Source: Raillietiella orientalis (taxonomy: Eukaryota). From it: 64,000 nucleotides of DNA. The notes under the pieces were generated by a model. That model did not search any database, was not told the DNA's origin, and worked only from the letters and a program-made list of their open reading frames with translations. The DNA is taken from positions 1,488,001-1,552,000 of the forward strand of contig JAYWIR010000022.1 in NCBI GenBank assembly GCA_036172245.1. Direction: 5' to 3'. Made by a program: the position numbers and the translations under genes. This document shows positions 1 through 14,186 of the stretch, in pieces (the first letter of the stretch is position 1; each line of letters opens with the position of its first letter).

Positions 1-317
1 TATGTAACTGGAACTGAATCTTGATGTATACTTTGTTAAGTAGTCGGTCCTGTTTTGCCTGGTTGAGCACTTGGAATCCTTTCTACACTAAATTTCTTTC
101 TTTTGGATCTTTGGAAGCTTATTTTACTAGTTTTTGGAGGAATTTATTTCTTCTTTAATATATCCCTTTTCTAAATAGAAAAATGCTAATGCACATTAAA
201 GTATTCGACCAACGTCTTGAAATAAAGAAACACGTGCTTTTCTCATGAATTCAGATACTCATATACTGTGTTTGAGAGTTTATTCATACATTTATTACGA
301 GAGAAATGGTATATAAG

Positions 318-445
318 GAATTATCAAGAAACAACACTTTCCACTATTAGGGAAACTATTAACATAGTTAATAGTGCATTTAATAGTTAATGGAAACAAT
401 GCTAATAGTTTCCTCAATAATGGAATGTGTTGTTTCCTGTTAATT
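318..445. repeat. Imperfect inverted repeat (about 50-bp arms), MITE-like or hairpin-RNA-like foldback
   Basis: Left arm 318-369 (gaattatcaagaaacaacactttccactattagggaaactattaacatagtt) aligns with the reverse complement of 395-445 (gaattacaggaaacaacacattccattattgaggaaactattagcattgtt) with a few mismatches and one indel. Confidence 0.8.
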
Positions 446-819
446 CATCGCTTCTTAGATTAATAGGTATTCTGTTTCCATAAGGAAATTTTCCTGTTTG
501 CTGAAACACTTTTGGTATATTCAATGGATATTGACATTGGATATATATTACTCGAATATACGTAAGAGGTATACTAGCTACTGGTTCATAAGAAATAGGA
601 TGTGGCAATGTTATTTCGAATTTAATGCATGATGGTTTCGCGGAAGGTAGTGCTCATCTGTGCATTTTGTTTGTGAATATTTTGAGGAAATGTAATGCGA
701 GTGAAATGTAGTAGAATGCAATAATTTGCAAAGTTCATGTGTCTTGAAGATTTCTACTAGAAGTGGGTAGAATTTTTATATTGTTTTGAAATTCCCTAGT
801 TGAGGTTGAGATATTCTAC

Positions 820-3800
820 ATGTTGAGCAAAAGAACTATACCGGATTTCACTGAAGAATTAGTGGTATGTGACTTTTCATGCGGTCTGAAATTAATTTCA
901 GTGCTTATTATTATTAGATTATTTTTAATTTTACTTCAAAGGCTTTTCTATTTGAATATTTCAAAATGAGAAAGCAGTTACTAATTTATTAATTGTATTT
1001 CCAATTTCCAAAAATATTAACCAAGGATGGTTTTTAGGAAGAAGTAAAACCAATCAAAAGACTATGTTTGACGAAAAGAGTGCCTGAAAGAGTACCAGAA
1101 ACTAGTTATCTTGAACACAAAATTGCATCATTAAACAATTGCACTTCAAGCAATGATGTCATGAATATCTTATTGTTTGTAAAAGATTTCATACCGTTAC
1201 AAGTAAGAATTCATCTTTATAAGATTTGCATTTTATGTACCATGGCTTTGATTTCACATTTAATTCTTTTGCTAACATATTTGCTATTTTTGTTGTCATA
1301 TTCATGTTCGTAATGTAAATTTTCATGTATGTACTCTATGGGTCAAAATTTTGCGATTAAAAAGAGATTTGGCAGCAAAGTTGTGCAGTTTCCCTGAGGC
1401 ATTTTTGGTATTTTTGGTGATTTACTTTGCCTTTCGTTTTGCTGTGTTCATTGTGTGAATATTTCGAGATTTGTTTTCCAAATTTTGTAATTGACAATCT
1501 CTCATTTGATCTTTCAAAAGTATTGAAATTCCAATAATTTGTTTTATTCCATTGTTATAACGATTGAATTATTGAATATCTTTTCAAGGAATGTGCTGAA
1601 GATAGTTTTAGATTCCTGGGAAATTGTGTTATTTTTACTGTTTTTTGACTTGAAAGTTCATCTAAAATGCAAAACCTGAACAGTACAGTTGATACATAAA
1701 GTCATCTCAAATATAGATTTATACTTCAGTGACTTCAAAAATTTATCACATTTTGTTTCTTAGTTTAAAATATTGTGAATCTTGCAATTCAAGTTTTTTT
1801 TTTCCTGGTATAATTATTGTTTGAATTTTTAAAAGTATAAAATGATCTATTCCAAGAAACAGATGAAAATGTTAATTTATTAATCATGCTTATTATAAGG
1901 AGTAGTAATTTTTTTTTATCTGAGGTTTCATATTAGCTGGGGAATCTATGTAGTTCTCTTACCTGTAATGCATGGATGGCATTTGATATGTAGTTTTATT
2001 CAGTTCTTTCAAATTGTTACATTATTTGGAGAAAGGTCTTTAACTCACATTTGTATGTGTTCCTTTCTTAATGATTAAGAATCTGTAATCAAAGAATTTT
2101 CATTAGTTCACCGTTCTGTTTCATTGAAAAGTTGTTTTTTGACTCAGTGGTCTACATTTTACATTTTATGATTTTTTCTAAGGATAAAGATTTCCTTAGA
2201 GCAGTTGAAAGCATTTTTAAATTGTGCATTGTCTCCAAAATAAAGTATAACAATGATTTATAATTGGAGATTACTGTGATAAATTAAATTCGTGTTTTTC
2301 TAGCATTGCTTTTCTATTTGGAACAGAGGTTTATACAAATTACAAAGCATTTAATGTACTAGGTAACTTGTATTTATTAAGGAGAGATCATGTGCTTCAT
2401 GAATTTGAGCTAAATAGCTGTAGGCATGTGTAATCTTCCTTGCAATATGTATGAAAAATTTACATGTTTTCTTGCCAGAGGGTACATGTTTATTAAAAGA
2501 ACATGCATAATACATGTATGTGCATATGTTTTTCATAGCAATGATATTCGGAAATTTATGTTATCTATTGAAAAATGGATAACTGTAACTATTTAGGATC
2601 AGCTTTTATGTTTATTAGCTTGAAAATAGATTTATTCTCTTTACTAGTAGATATGGTACTCAGTGCAAATTGTTATAAGAAAATTAAGATGAATAAGAAA
2701 TTAGAGTTGATTGGAATGATTTTGGTTTTTTGCTGGTAGCATAGTCTTGGTGTCTTGGTTTCTCTTCATAGAGTTATAAACTGAACTAGGGTAACTTTTC
2801 CACAGAAAGAGCTGTGTATGAAATCTTTGCTTGAGTTGCAGATGTTGGTCAAGTTGCTGTGAAGCTGTTCATTAGAGAATGTGATTTTGTTGTGTATATG
2901 CAACAGTGAGTGATGCAAGGAACTCTGCTTTTGGCTGAAACAGCACTGGAGCGTACGTTATATGCAATAGTTGGTTTACTTGGAAATCACTGCATCAAAT
3001 TTGTCTGGATGTTGTAGGTAATCATTATGATGTCTTGGAGATTGTCTTGGAGCAGGTTTCTGTTTTATGTTAGATAGCATATTTTCAAATTTAAAGTTTG
3101 TTCCATGTTCATAATGTATGTGAAAGTGTGCAAGGCCAAACTTTCCATGTTTTAATTCTGTGTGCAGTATATTTATCGAAAAATTATTAATAAACAAATT
3201 AGAAAACTAATTAAAATGTAGCAGGATCGAATTGCTTGGATTGTTTTCATTTTTGATTTTTAGAATAAAGAAGCTGATTTACTATTTGAAATTTTGCTGA
3301 AATTATTCCCAACTGAAACAGAGTCATCAGTAAGGAGTGTGATGATTTCCATGTTATGTGAAGTAATACAATCCTCTCAAATGGAGATGGAAGTGAGAAA
3401 CCATTTTTTGTTAATAAACAGTTAATGTTTTTTCCAAGAAATCAACAGAAAAAATATTATTCTTGTTGAAAAATGAGCATTCGCACAAAGTAATCAGCCA
3501 GAGTTTGTATGCACTTCTAATGCTAGCTCGTTCCATGAATATTTCTCCAAAAGTAGCTAACAAATTGGTGGCATATACCAAAGAGGTATGCATATAATAT
3601 TTTCGTATTTAGCAAAAGAGAGTATTATGCAGTTCATGGTTATTTTGGTTAAAAAAATCTTCTAGAAAATTTTGGATTCGTATTACCTTGTAAAGTGCCA
3701 TGCTTTGGAATTACTAACTTTTCTTATTCCTGGAAAAGATATGATGATCAGATTAGTCAATGAACATATGCAAAGCCAAGATCCAAGAGTGAGATCATCT

Positions 3801-6533
3801 GCTTTCCGTAGTCTGGTAATTGTTAATGATGATTTATGATTTGCTTTAATTATTTTGTAATAGTTGCAGTTGCATGATCAGGGACAGAAGTTAGGCTCCA
3901 ATCTTTATGTTGATATTTGTTCAGCCCTTAATGATGATTATGAATGTGTACGTCAAGTAGTTTTGCAACTTATTTATTGCATAAGTCAAGATTATCCTGA
4001 TCAGTAAGTTACTTATTCAAAAATGAATTCTTGAATTCTCATAGATAATGATCATATGTCTGTAGAATTAATTTTTCCTTTCTGTCTTTGTAGTTTGATA
4101 AATTTATCTAGTGATGAGAGTATCCGTCTTGTGGATGATGCATTTGGTAAGATCTGCAATTCCATTAATGATCTTTCGGTTGCTGTTAGAGTGCAAGCAG
4201 CTCAGCTCCTAGGTTGCATGGTCAATCTCTCTCAGAAATTTCTTGAGCAAACACTGGACAAGAAATTGATGTCTAATATGAGGGTAAGAATGATTATGTG
4301 TAGCATGGGCTTTAAATATGCCACAGAGAAAAAGGACAGCACATGAGAGGCAGTTAGAGATGGTGACTTCTGGAGAGTGGTCTACAGGAAAGAAGTGGAT
4401 GGATGATGCTCCTCAAGAATTACTGGAAGCTAATTCTGTCAGTTTAATTTCTTCTGGAGCTTGTGGAGCATTTGTTCATGGATTAGAAGATGAATTCATG
4501 GGTAAATGTTAATGTCTTCAAATTCTGTTGTACATGATTGTGTGCATAACAGAAGTTCGAGGTGCAGCAGTAGAATCAATGTGTCAGTTAGCATTACAGA
4601 ATCGTAATTTTGCTCTCCTTTCTTTGGATTTTTTGGTTGACATGTTCAATGATGAAATTGAGGAAATACGCCTAAAAGCCATAGCCAGTCTAGAGAGAAT
4701 TAGTCAGTATATTGTACTTCGTGAAGACCAATTAGAAACAATATTGGCCCTTCTAGAGGTAACAAAGATTTCATTTGTCTCTTAACTGTGAAGAAAGGAT
4801 TCGTCTTTGGATATTCGAGAAGCTTTGCATCATATGTTGGCATCTTGTAAACTGCATACAAAAGATGGACTGAAGATGTGCATTGATAATTTGCTTGGTA
4901 ATTTGAAGCGCTACCCTCAAGTGAGACAAGAAATCATAGAAAACAAGTTGGTATTTTGATTTCTGTTGATATGTAGGATCGACGCAGTATTTGGAAATGT
5001 TTACAACACTTAGGTTGTAATCATGCTCATCTTGCATTGGCACTAGTTCCACTACTTCTTGGCATTCATCCATATTTAGATATGCCTGAGCCAGATATGG
5101 AAGATCCTGCATGTAAGCATGCGTTTTATAGCAGTGTTCAGACTATGTGATGCTTTATTATGTAGATATCTGTATACTGATCCTAGTATTCAATGCTGCC
5201 CAGCATTGTCCAACTATGCTACCTATGTTTGAAGACCATACAGTGCGTCATTATAGATATCTGCGGGATAGCTTGCCTAATTTGGTTCCCGAACTGCTTT
5301 TCTCTGAAAGGCAGAATCATTTTACTCTACCTTCAGTTATTTCCAAAGCTGACTTATTCCTTCAACAAGTTTTAGATCGGTTGCATAAAGTTCAAATTTT
5401 GGATTCAGTAGGGCAGCAAACGTTGTATTCCAGATGTTGTAAAGATTTAGAGAGAATAGCTCAAATAGATCCATTATTGTGTTCTTCAGCAACATTTGCT
5501 CGTTTGCATGTGCAGAGTTACCTCATGTTTACAGAAGTAAGTTTGGGTTCATTTTTTGCTGGGGTAAGATGAATTTTTAGGTCTTGAATAATAAAAAACT
5601 CAAAGACAACAGCAGTTTAATCATGGTAGAACAAATATTGCATATAACTAGTAGGTAAGGTTTACTTATTTCATTGCAGTCGAATAAAGTGGTTTTAGAT
5701 TGCGGCATTTATTTAAAGGGATGAGTATGGCAGAATATGCTGGTGTCTTGCAGTTACACTTGAAAGTGTTGTCACTTTATTTACTCTGCATTGTGCATAC
5801 TAATTCATCCAGTTCAGTATCTGATTTATTTGAATTGCTGCAAAAGGAAGGAGAGAAATTAAACATGTTTGTTCATAGATTATTTTTCTCAGTGATAGTA
5901 TTTTTGTTCAGCTTGTCTCAGAGTGAGCAGCTACCATTAGAATCGACTGTGATTAGCATTCTACAAAAACTTCATTCTGTAGACAAGGCAACAGTGGATG
6001 ATTTTGTGTCACAAATAGAATCTGTACTGCTGTGTCATCAGCTGCCCCCCATTTTATTACATAATCAGGTAATATCTTAAAAAGTGTGGTTTCATTTCTG
6101 ATCAATGTTTCAGTTGCATATGGCATCTGCTATAATTTATGAACCTAGTGGAGATTCTGATACAGCACTGAGGTTTACAGCTGGGTTGGTATTAGGCATC
6201 CCCATTGATTGTGAAATTCACAATGTGCCCAATATAAATCTTTTGCGTATAAAAATTCGATATCCTGATCAGCAAATTCATTTAGTGACTCCTAAACATT
6301 CAGATCTTCGACCATTTCCACATACTTCTGATAGTTACCGTTTGTTAAGCACTGTTTTGATATCTCATCAAGTATGGTCAGAACCATGTCATATTGAATT
6401 TAGTGTAGTGTTAAGTGTATATGATGATCCACCTGGAAGACATCTGTTTGCAGATTCCATGTTACAAACTATTGATTTATGCAATTCTGTGCAAGTATAT
6501 GTTTCACCAAAGTTAATAAGAAGGGGTATTTGA
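820..6533 (+). CDS. IntS4: Integrator complex subunit 4 (HEAT-repeat protein), 16 exons, about 931 aa
   Basis: Exons 820-864, 1038-1202, 3264-3392, 3439-3585, 3666-3815, 3864-4003, 4094-4283, 4327-4501, 4553-4758, 4798-4920, 4977-5112, 5166-5536, 5581-5654, 5699-5866, 5912-6068, 6114-6533. All GT-AG, phases consistent, total 2796 nt. INTS4 motifs [69 protein letters not shown]. Confidence 0.95.
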
Positions 6534-7639
6534 TTTTGTTTTGGTAAGATATTCCGTCATAAGAAAGAAGTGAACTTGTGTTTAGCAGTTTTGAATGACC
6601 TGTGTAGTAGATGCCAACTGAATGTTCATGTGTGATACATGAAGAAATTAAGCAAAATTATGATTCTGGTATGAAGCATCTTGACTGATTGAAATGTACT
6701 TCATTCGAATTTATAAATGTTTTTTCAATATTTATTTATTTCTAGCACGTTTTTTAAAAAAAGGTATTTGTGTAGTTTAATATTTATAATAAAAAAAACT
6801 GAGTCTTAATGTCTTTGATACAGTTCAAAAATAAGTGGCTGTGGTTTAGTTTAGAGTGAAGAATTTTAAAAGTTGGATTTATAGGAACAAAAGAATTCTA
6901 AAATGTCTAAAGTGCTGCAACAAATTATCGTGTTTAAATCATTTAGTATGCAGGCGCAAATATAAAATCATGTGAAAAAGAATTTATAATTTGTAACAGC
7001 AACTGAATTAAAACTTAATTTAGTGTCTACCGATTTTTTATTACAACAGCCCACATGCAGATTACAAATTTTTAGATCAAATAATTGGATAAGTTAAATA
7101 TAAAATGTGCATGTTAAAAACTTAGTGCTTGATGAGCTTTCTTCAAAAATGCATTTGAACTATTTTCAACTGAATTTAAATTGCAGATGTGAATCGAATT
7201 TTTAATAATCCGACTAAAAAAAAAGTCTGATTGGCAACCATTGCATCCATTTCTTGAGAGCTCAAAAGCACATGTGATCTACTAAGTTTAAAAATTTCAT
7301 TAGATGCATCTGTTTTCTTAGTAACCTGTGTAAAAAAATGTGATTTGAATCAATTTATGTGCTGTAAAAGACTTGGCAAAAAATCTTAATTGTTGTATTG
7401 CACTTTTGCATAAGTTATTGTTTTAAAGAACAGTCATATTTTGAATATTTATGTTAGATAGCGTTAATTTAGCGTTATTTAATTTTAATATGCACTCTGC
7501 AGAGGTAAGAATCATTATGGTAACTGCTTAATGATTTTCAAACCCATGGAACTCTAGATGTATATAAAAAGTTTATTCTTTCAGCCGTGAATGAAGTTTC
7601 TTACTGCATTGTATGATATTTGCATAAATGGGAACTCAT

Positions 7640-10600
7640 TTATCGATAGTGCTTGTAAATTACAACGACAACTTTTAGTAGGAACAGAATCACTTGTATG
7701 CTCAGTATGGCAACAATTACATTGCCTAGAAACATGGTTTGCATTTCCAACTTAGTGTAAGAGTTGGAGTATAATCCTCCCATGTACCAGATCCATACTG
7801 AAAAAGAGACAATTTGTTGTACATTGTTTGATAGCCAGTATTCACTGCTTTCATTCTATTAAAATTCAATTGTACCTCCTGTAAATTAGGTTTACATGAA
7901 TGTTGACAGTTATTAGCTGGTATCAGTTAAGTTTTACCAAGTGCAATATAAAGATCTTACCTATATATGGAGTAAGGATGTATCTAGAAAGTTGGTCCAA
8001 TATACTTAAATCAAGAATAAACCATATTAGACTCAGAATGGCAAATAGAATCAGCATAGCTAAAAGTCCAGGTACATAATCAATGTTACTTGGACTTTGT
8101 TCTTCGTTGTATGTTACAGTAATAGCTATTCTGTAGAGACATTCAAATGTGTTCCACCAAGTGAAAAATGCCCATCCATTTTGCAGACCAAACATAGCTA
8201 TGTAAGCATCTTGCTTGGATGCATCCTTCAAGTAATCATATGTATGATAAATACTGTAAAGACATGAAAATTTTTCATTTTACTTAGTATTTAAGTACAC
8301 TAGGTGTGTGTTCCACAGATTTATTATGCTGCGGATTACCTCATTACTCCAAGTTTTTTAAAGCATCAAAAGTTCTTTTTGAGACTTAGTCAAGCGTTTA
8401 AAATTTCGTTGTAAGCTTTCGTTTTTGTCATTGCTTCAAGAGATTGCGCTTATGTATAAGAAAGTTACTTTAATTTTGTTTAGGGAAAGTAAATTTATAG
8501 CTAAGTAATAGCGAACTCCCGGGGGGGGGGGACACGTTTTCGAGTTCGAAATCCGATTCGATTTTTCATTAATCTCAAATTGACAATTTTTTTGACCGGA
8601 ATGTATGCGATGACTATGAATACGGAATCACGTATATTTGATTTTGAGTAAAACACAGACTTCGAGAATTCATTTTATTAATATGTTTGAAATCCTATAT
8701 GAACAGAATTCTAGGAACTGTAGTGTAATTACATATGAAGCGGCAATTTTTTGAAATACATATTTTGAGATAGGTTGCGTGTCTAATTAAGGATAATCCA
8801 TGAAAATGTCTTAATCGATAATTCTAAAACTGTCAAACGCAATTTTGGAAACGCACTTATTTTTGGAAATTTCGGAAACGAAAGAAAACTTTTATGGGGT
8901 GCTACCCGCTGTGGAAATAGAGCATATCAATCAAATATCGGTCTGACTTAAAGTGTTTTAAGTGATTCTTGAGTACGTATCTTTTCATTTTTTGTATCTT
9001 GAGTTCTTCTTGAATGTTAGTGAAATGGTACATGCCGGTTTACGTCTGAATTGAAAACTAAGGTCCATGTTATTTTCCCAGTCAAAACCTGTTTTATGAT
9101 TGTTTGCAACCCACCCCAAAAGGGTGTAAACAGTAAATGGGTGCTTTGCCGTCCGCTAAATTATGTTAAGATCCCCTTAAAGCATATTTTGGCCGGTGCT
9201 GATTGTCATTGATTGGAGTACAAATTTAAAAAGAATGAAAGAATTGAAGCCTGGATCTATGGCATATCTGACGGCGGAGAGATATTCGAAGTTTTCCAAT
9301 TGGAATAATTCCATTTCCTGTAGTTCACGATTTTCGAATAGCTCATGACACAGTAAATTATATCCTCCACAGTGAGCTTGGCTTTAAAATTTATGTTCTG
9401 TACTGTCTACTACACATGGCACCGATTACTATATGCTTGACGTCGATTAATGGCGCCCGGTAGTAATATCACTGTCGGGCTGCTGTGATTTGTAGACTAT
9501 TGCTCATCGATGGGGTTAACGAGAAATTTATGCTTTTTTCTTCTAAAATCAGGCCATGGCCGTATAAAAATAGTGGTAAATTTATGCAACGGATTATATC
9601 GAATCTGCAGGCGTCTTTCGTACATTGCTTAGTATTTCTTGCATACGTATTTCAAACTATTTGACCTTTGCATCTCGTTTTTCGTACAGGCATAAGCGAT
9701 CGAAGTAGAACTTTGCATTAAAGGAATTGAGGCGTGGTTGCTTACCATAAGAAAATAATAACTGTGGAGATCCAGCAAATTAGTACTAAAAATGAAGAAA
9801 AGATGCTGCTAGAGATTATGCTTCTTCTTGCCCAAAGGGATAGGGCAACGATGTACATTATGTATGTTAGCATTTCTGAGAATTGGAAGAGGACGTTTGT
9901 TGCAGGAGATTTGTGGCACAGACGTACTAAATTGCTACTAGTATCATCTGCTTCTTTTCTCAAGAATAGTGTTATCTCTGCAAAAAAAGAAAACACATAT
10001 GCATATCAATTGAAATCGCGTTTTCGAAATTTTACGGAGTCTCTTGGAGTTTTTCGAAACTTTTTTGTGCGTTTCTGACTGTTACTGTGGCTTTCGAAAT
10101 TTTTTGAACAGCATCAAATTGATAAGTCACTTGTTTTAGCATATATTTATCGTATGTCGATTTACATGTACATTGATACATAGTAAGGATATTTCAGGAA
10201 TGTGTGCGTTACTAAGATCGAGTACTTTGCTCGACACATTCGTTTTATTGCCAGTTGCACAGCTTTTACTTTTCGTTTGTGATTATTTGTGCTAATGTAT
10301 GTGGGGCTGAATGCAATTATGTCTAACTGTAAAATTATTCGTTCAGCATTTTATAAACATTGATGAAAATGATTACAGACACGTCACTGCATTGAGTTTC
10401 ATTCTGAAAAGTCTAAAATTTCATCCTAAAATTATGACCGTTCCATTGTGTGTGTGTGTGTGTTGAGCGTTGAGTGTTGAGGTCATTTGCCTTTCAGAAA
10501 ATCTTATCTGAGAACGATTTTGTCATTGCTGTGTGTTCTTCTTTTAAGAGAAATTTGGTAATTGGTATTTAGTTTTATAGTCATTCGTTAAATACATTAA

Positions 10601-11295
10601 TTTTCGGTGCAAAAATTATACTTGTTTATGAGTGAATTTTTAAAATGTTTAGTAGTGGTATTTTTTTTTTTTGTTATTAAGGTTCTTCATCTTTCCTGAT
10701 TATAGGCAAATGTTAGGTTTCTCTTGAGTGAGAATTACATGAAATCTATGTTTTGTGTATGACGGTCGAGTGATTCCCTTATGTTTTGCATAATTTGCAT
10801 CTTGGTGAGCGCTTTCTAATTGTGCTAATTTTATCGTATTTGAAGAAGCCCCCCCCAAAAAAAATTTTTTAGCTTCTGGGCTTAGCTACTTGCTTTAGCT
10901 ACTCTTTAACCCTAAAATCGAACTGCAAACACCTTAAACTTAAACTTTGATGGAACATGTATTCTGAGAAGTGGGAACTCTGTTTTTTTTTTCACTCTAA
11001 AAGTAAATCTACTTACTGTACAATTGGATCGCTCCCAACCATAAAAAGATGAACACAAGTATGATAAATCCCCATGTTGGAAACATTACACGCATATCAT
11101 ACTTCATAACAACATCGGGCACAGTGTTTGTGTATGGACCTGAAAAATACAAAAGCATTTCACATGGAAACGTAATGATTAGTTGTAGAACTCACCAAAT
11201 CCTCGTGAAAATGCTCCAATCGTGAACGTTACTGAGAGAATGTATAAAATGATATTTGGCACTGTGATAGCTATATAAATTACGGTACTGTACAT
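7640..11295 (-). CDS. Uncharacterised multipass membrane protein, about 301 aa, resembling the metazoan Trp-rich/TspO-like family (zebrafish si:ch211-161h7.5-like)
   Basis: Exons 11295-11196, 11139-11017, 9977-9746, 8253-7961, 7797-7640; GT-AG, phases consistent, 906 nt. Several hydrophobic segments; motifs FPTWGFII, LQNGWAFFTWW, WFILDLSILDQLSRYILTPYIVWIW. Probable 5' UTR exon with a donor at about 12572. The gene model is solid; the family label is from memory. Confidence 0.8.
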
Positions 11296-11417
11296 GATTC
11301 CTGAAATGTGAAATAGTGAATTCTAAGAATACAGCACATGATTAGCACTGATAGATTCTTTTGGATGTCTGTGACTTTAGATCACGTTATTAGGGCTCAA
11401 ATCATTTAAGAGGTTAA

Positions 11418-11448
11418 AAGTTATGACTTCTTAGAAAAGTCATAACTT
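11418..11448. repeat. Perfect 12-bp inverted repeat with 7-nt loop
   Basis: aagttatgactt (11418-11429), cttagaa, aagtcataactt (11437-11448); lies in the probable 5' UTR intron of the membrane-protein gene, next to a poly-T run. Confidence 0.8.
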
Positions 11449-13020
11449 GTATAAAAGTTTTTTTTTTTTTTTTTAGAAAAGGAATAAGAAGTAAACAACA
11501 ACAAAAAAAGTGCTCTTTGTTCAGAAAAGTGGCCAAGTTATTTTTGAAATGGAATTTTGGATGTGAATTTTTGTTTTTTATTCGCCTTCAGCGAAATTTT
11601 TCTTCGTTCTTACGATAAAAGAACTTTGCATTCGTTTTTCTCATCGTTCATTTATATTATGGTTATTAATGAACGTTTGTTAATAAAACTGGCAAAGCAT
11701 GCAATGCATACTTAGCATTTCTCTGCAACATTTATTTTGTGAATGAATCCGAATGTGTCTTTTCATTTCGTTTCCCTTAATCTTGGATTAAGGGAGAATG
11801 TTGCTATAATCGTGTGTTGGTAGGTCCAAGTGTACATGAAAGCGTGCTTGTGTGTACGCTTTTCCGGATTTACAGTTCGATTTTATTTATTTGCGTGTTG
11901 TGAACATCAATTTCGGATATTGCTATTTGCTCGATCCCTGCTGAAAAGCTGAAAAGCTCTCATAAGAGTTTCCAGCATTCGTAATTGAGCTTCGGGAATT
12001 CTGAATGTTGCGAAGTTGTCCGTTTTGGATTTGGGACAACTCTGCAATGGATACGAACAGCATTTCCTTTGAAATTTGGAAAGCTTGTTTTTTTTTTTCT
12101 TCTTCTTTGATTACGATAATATGCAGAGCGTGCGTGTTTCCCATCTGGACCCGTCTCCGAAATTAGGATTATTTTCCATCTTATTTCTAGGAACTGAAAT
12201 TGTTTCGAGCCAAATATGCCGAATTTTTTCAAGTTCTGGTTTTCCTTTCCCTGTGCACGTCTCGGTTTATTACAGACTGCTTGCAAAATAACCATAGGCT
12301 TTAAGCCTTAAGGAAAGAAAAACTGTTTTATGCGAGCAGTCATTTCTTTAAAGTGCGAAGGATTTATGAATTTGAAGTAAATTAATGGAACATTGAACAA
12401 CTCATACGTATGCTCCTCACACTCTACTGTGACATTTGATACATTGCAAACTAATGTTGTACCTTCTGATTTGATTCTCCGGAATATGCTTACGCTCAGA
12501 ATATGCCTTACAAACAGTTTAGCTTTTTTTTAAAAAAAAAAAAACTACACAATGAGAAGTCAAAGAACGTACCTGTTATTGTAGTTTTACATTTATACTT
12601 CAGCAGATGTGTAACGCCTTCTCAAACGAAAATCTGAAATCTAACGTCTCTCTTATCTCATAATAGGTTCTTATCATTTACGAATCCGTAGATTGATAAA
12701 GCTTACTGTTGACATTTTTCGTGCGACGTAGTATCTTTGAGTTGCATTTCAGGTCATGGGATTCGTCAGAAGATCTCGAAATATGTGGCATAGGAAAGTT
12801 TGCAAAGTGGCAAGATTTGTACTTGACCCCCCCCCCCCCAACTTTTCTTTAGCAGCCACTCTTGAAAATCAGCCACTATTGAAACTGAATTTTGGAAAGG
12901 GGCTTTGCGTAATAATCAGGGAATAAACGAATGTAGAAGTACTAATCTGTTCTGCTTTTGTTTCAGTTGAACTTAATCTCTTATCTGAGAAAAAGACTCT
13001 TCACCTAAGAATTTTTCGAA

Positions 13021-14149
13021 ATGACGTACATGTACAAGCAAGTGAAAGTTCTCAAAAGAATTCTATCTGCATGCCAAAAGCTAGAAACCGTGAGGCATTC
13101 ATGGCGAACTTACCACAGTGTGTATCCTCTGTACAAAACAATGTGTGGATTGATATCGAAAAGCAGTTGCGTCCAGTTACAGTCATGTATGTATGTATTT
13201 CGTATTTCGTGTGTGTGTGTGGGGCGGGGAGGGGATGCGTCCATTCGACTCTCCTACTACTTTTCCACGTTCCTGTCGTGAGCTATGCAATTGAAATTTT
13301 CACCCATTTATTCCAATAATGTGTATCACATGACGTGAGCACAAGTGATTCCACATCTTGCAAGCGGTACATGTTTGAGAATGCTCACAATTTTTTTCAC
13401 GTTAATTGCCAACTAATTCAGGGAGTGCTGGGAAAGGTGTTTTTCACTGACCTCAGCGTGTAAGTGATTATAAGCTCCGTATGAACCCTGATATTTAGGT
13501 TCCACACAATCCGCTCTTTTGAAAAGAAAAAAAATAAGTAAATAAATGATATGAAAGTTACGCATCGGAAATTCATTTTGTAAATGTTTCTTGACAAATA
13601 CAGTGCTATTACATCCATTTGCTATTATTAGTTGTGTTTAATTAGATCGTTTTTTTCGGGTGCATACATCGATGTGCATCGAGGCGGGAGATAAATTTCG
13701 AAAAGACGTTGAGTATGCAGAGCTGGTAGAGCTTCTGGAAAAGCAAAAAGTTTGTCTAGTTGACGTTCGAGATCCTCAAGAGTTGGAGGAATATGGACGC
13801 ATACCTCGCAGCATTAATATTCCATGTAAGCAGTTTTGTAGATTTGTTTACAATGAAGACTTTTTGTGCAAAAACTATGAGAGGAAAACGTGCCGACGTT
13901 AAGATTCGAAATCTCTAATGTCTTTTAAATTTAGTAACTGAACTCAAATCAAGTTTGGAATTCGGGGAAGAAGCTTTTCGTAGAATATTTCAAGTTCCAA
14001 AACCAAGTTACGAAAGCAAGCATTTGATTTTATTTGGACAGGGACCTAATCAAGGAATAACTGCATTAGAAATCGCGCATAAAGTGGGATTTAAAAAGTA
14101 AGTTATTTATCTAGAAGTGTGAATTGTGCAGTCGAATATTTCCTCTTGC

Positions 14150-14186
<37 letters not shown>

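Noticed and set aside
9451..9460. TGGCGCCCG resembling a tRNA-Lys primer-binding site
   Set aside because: Short match only; no LTR pair or gag/pol sequence nearby.
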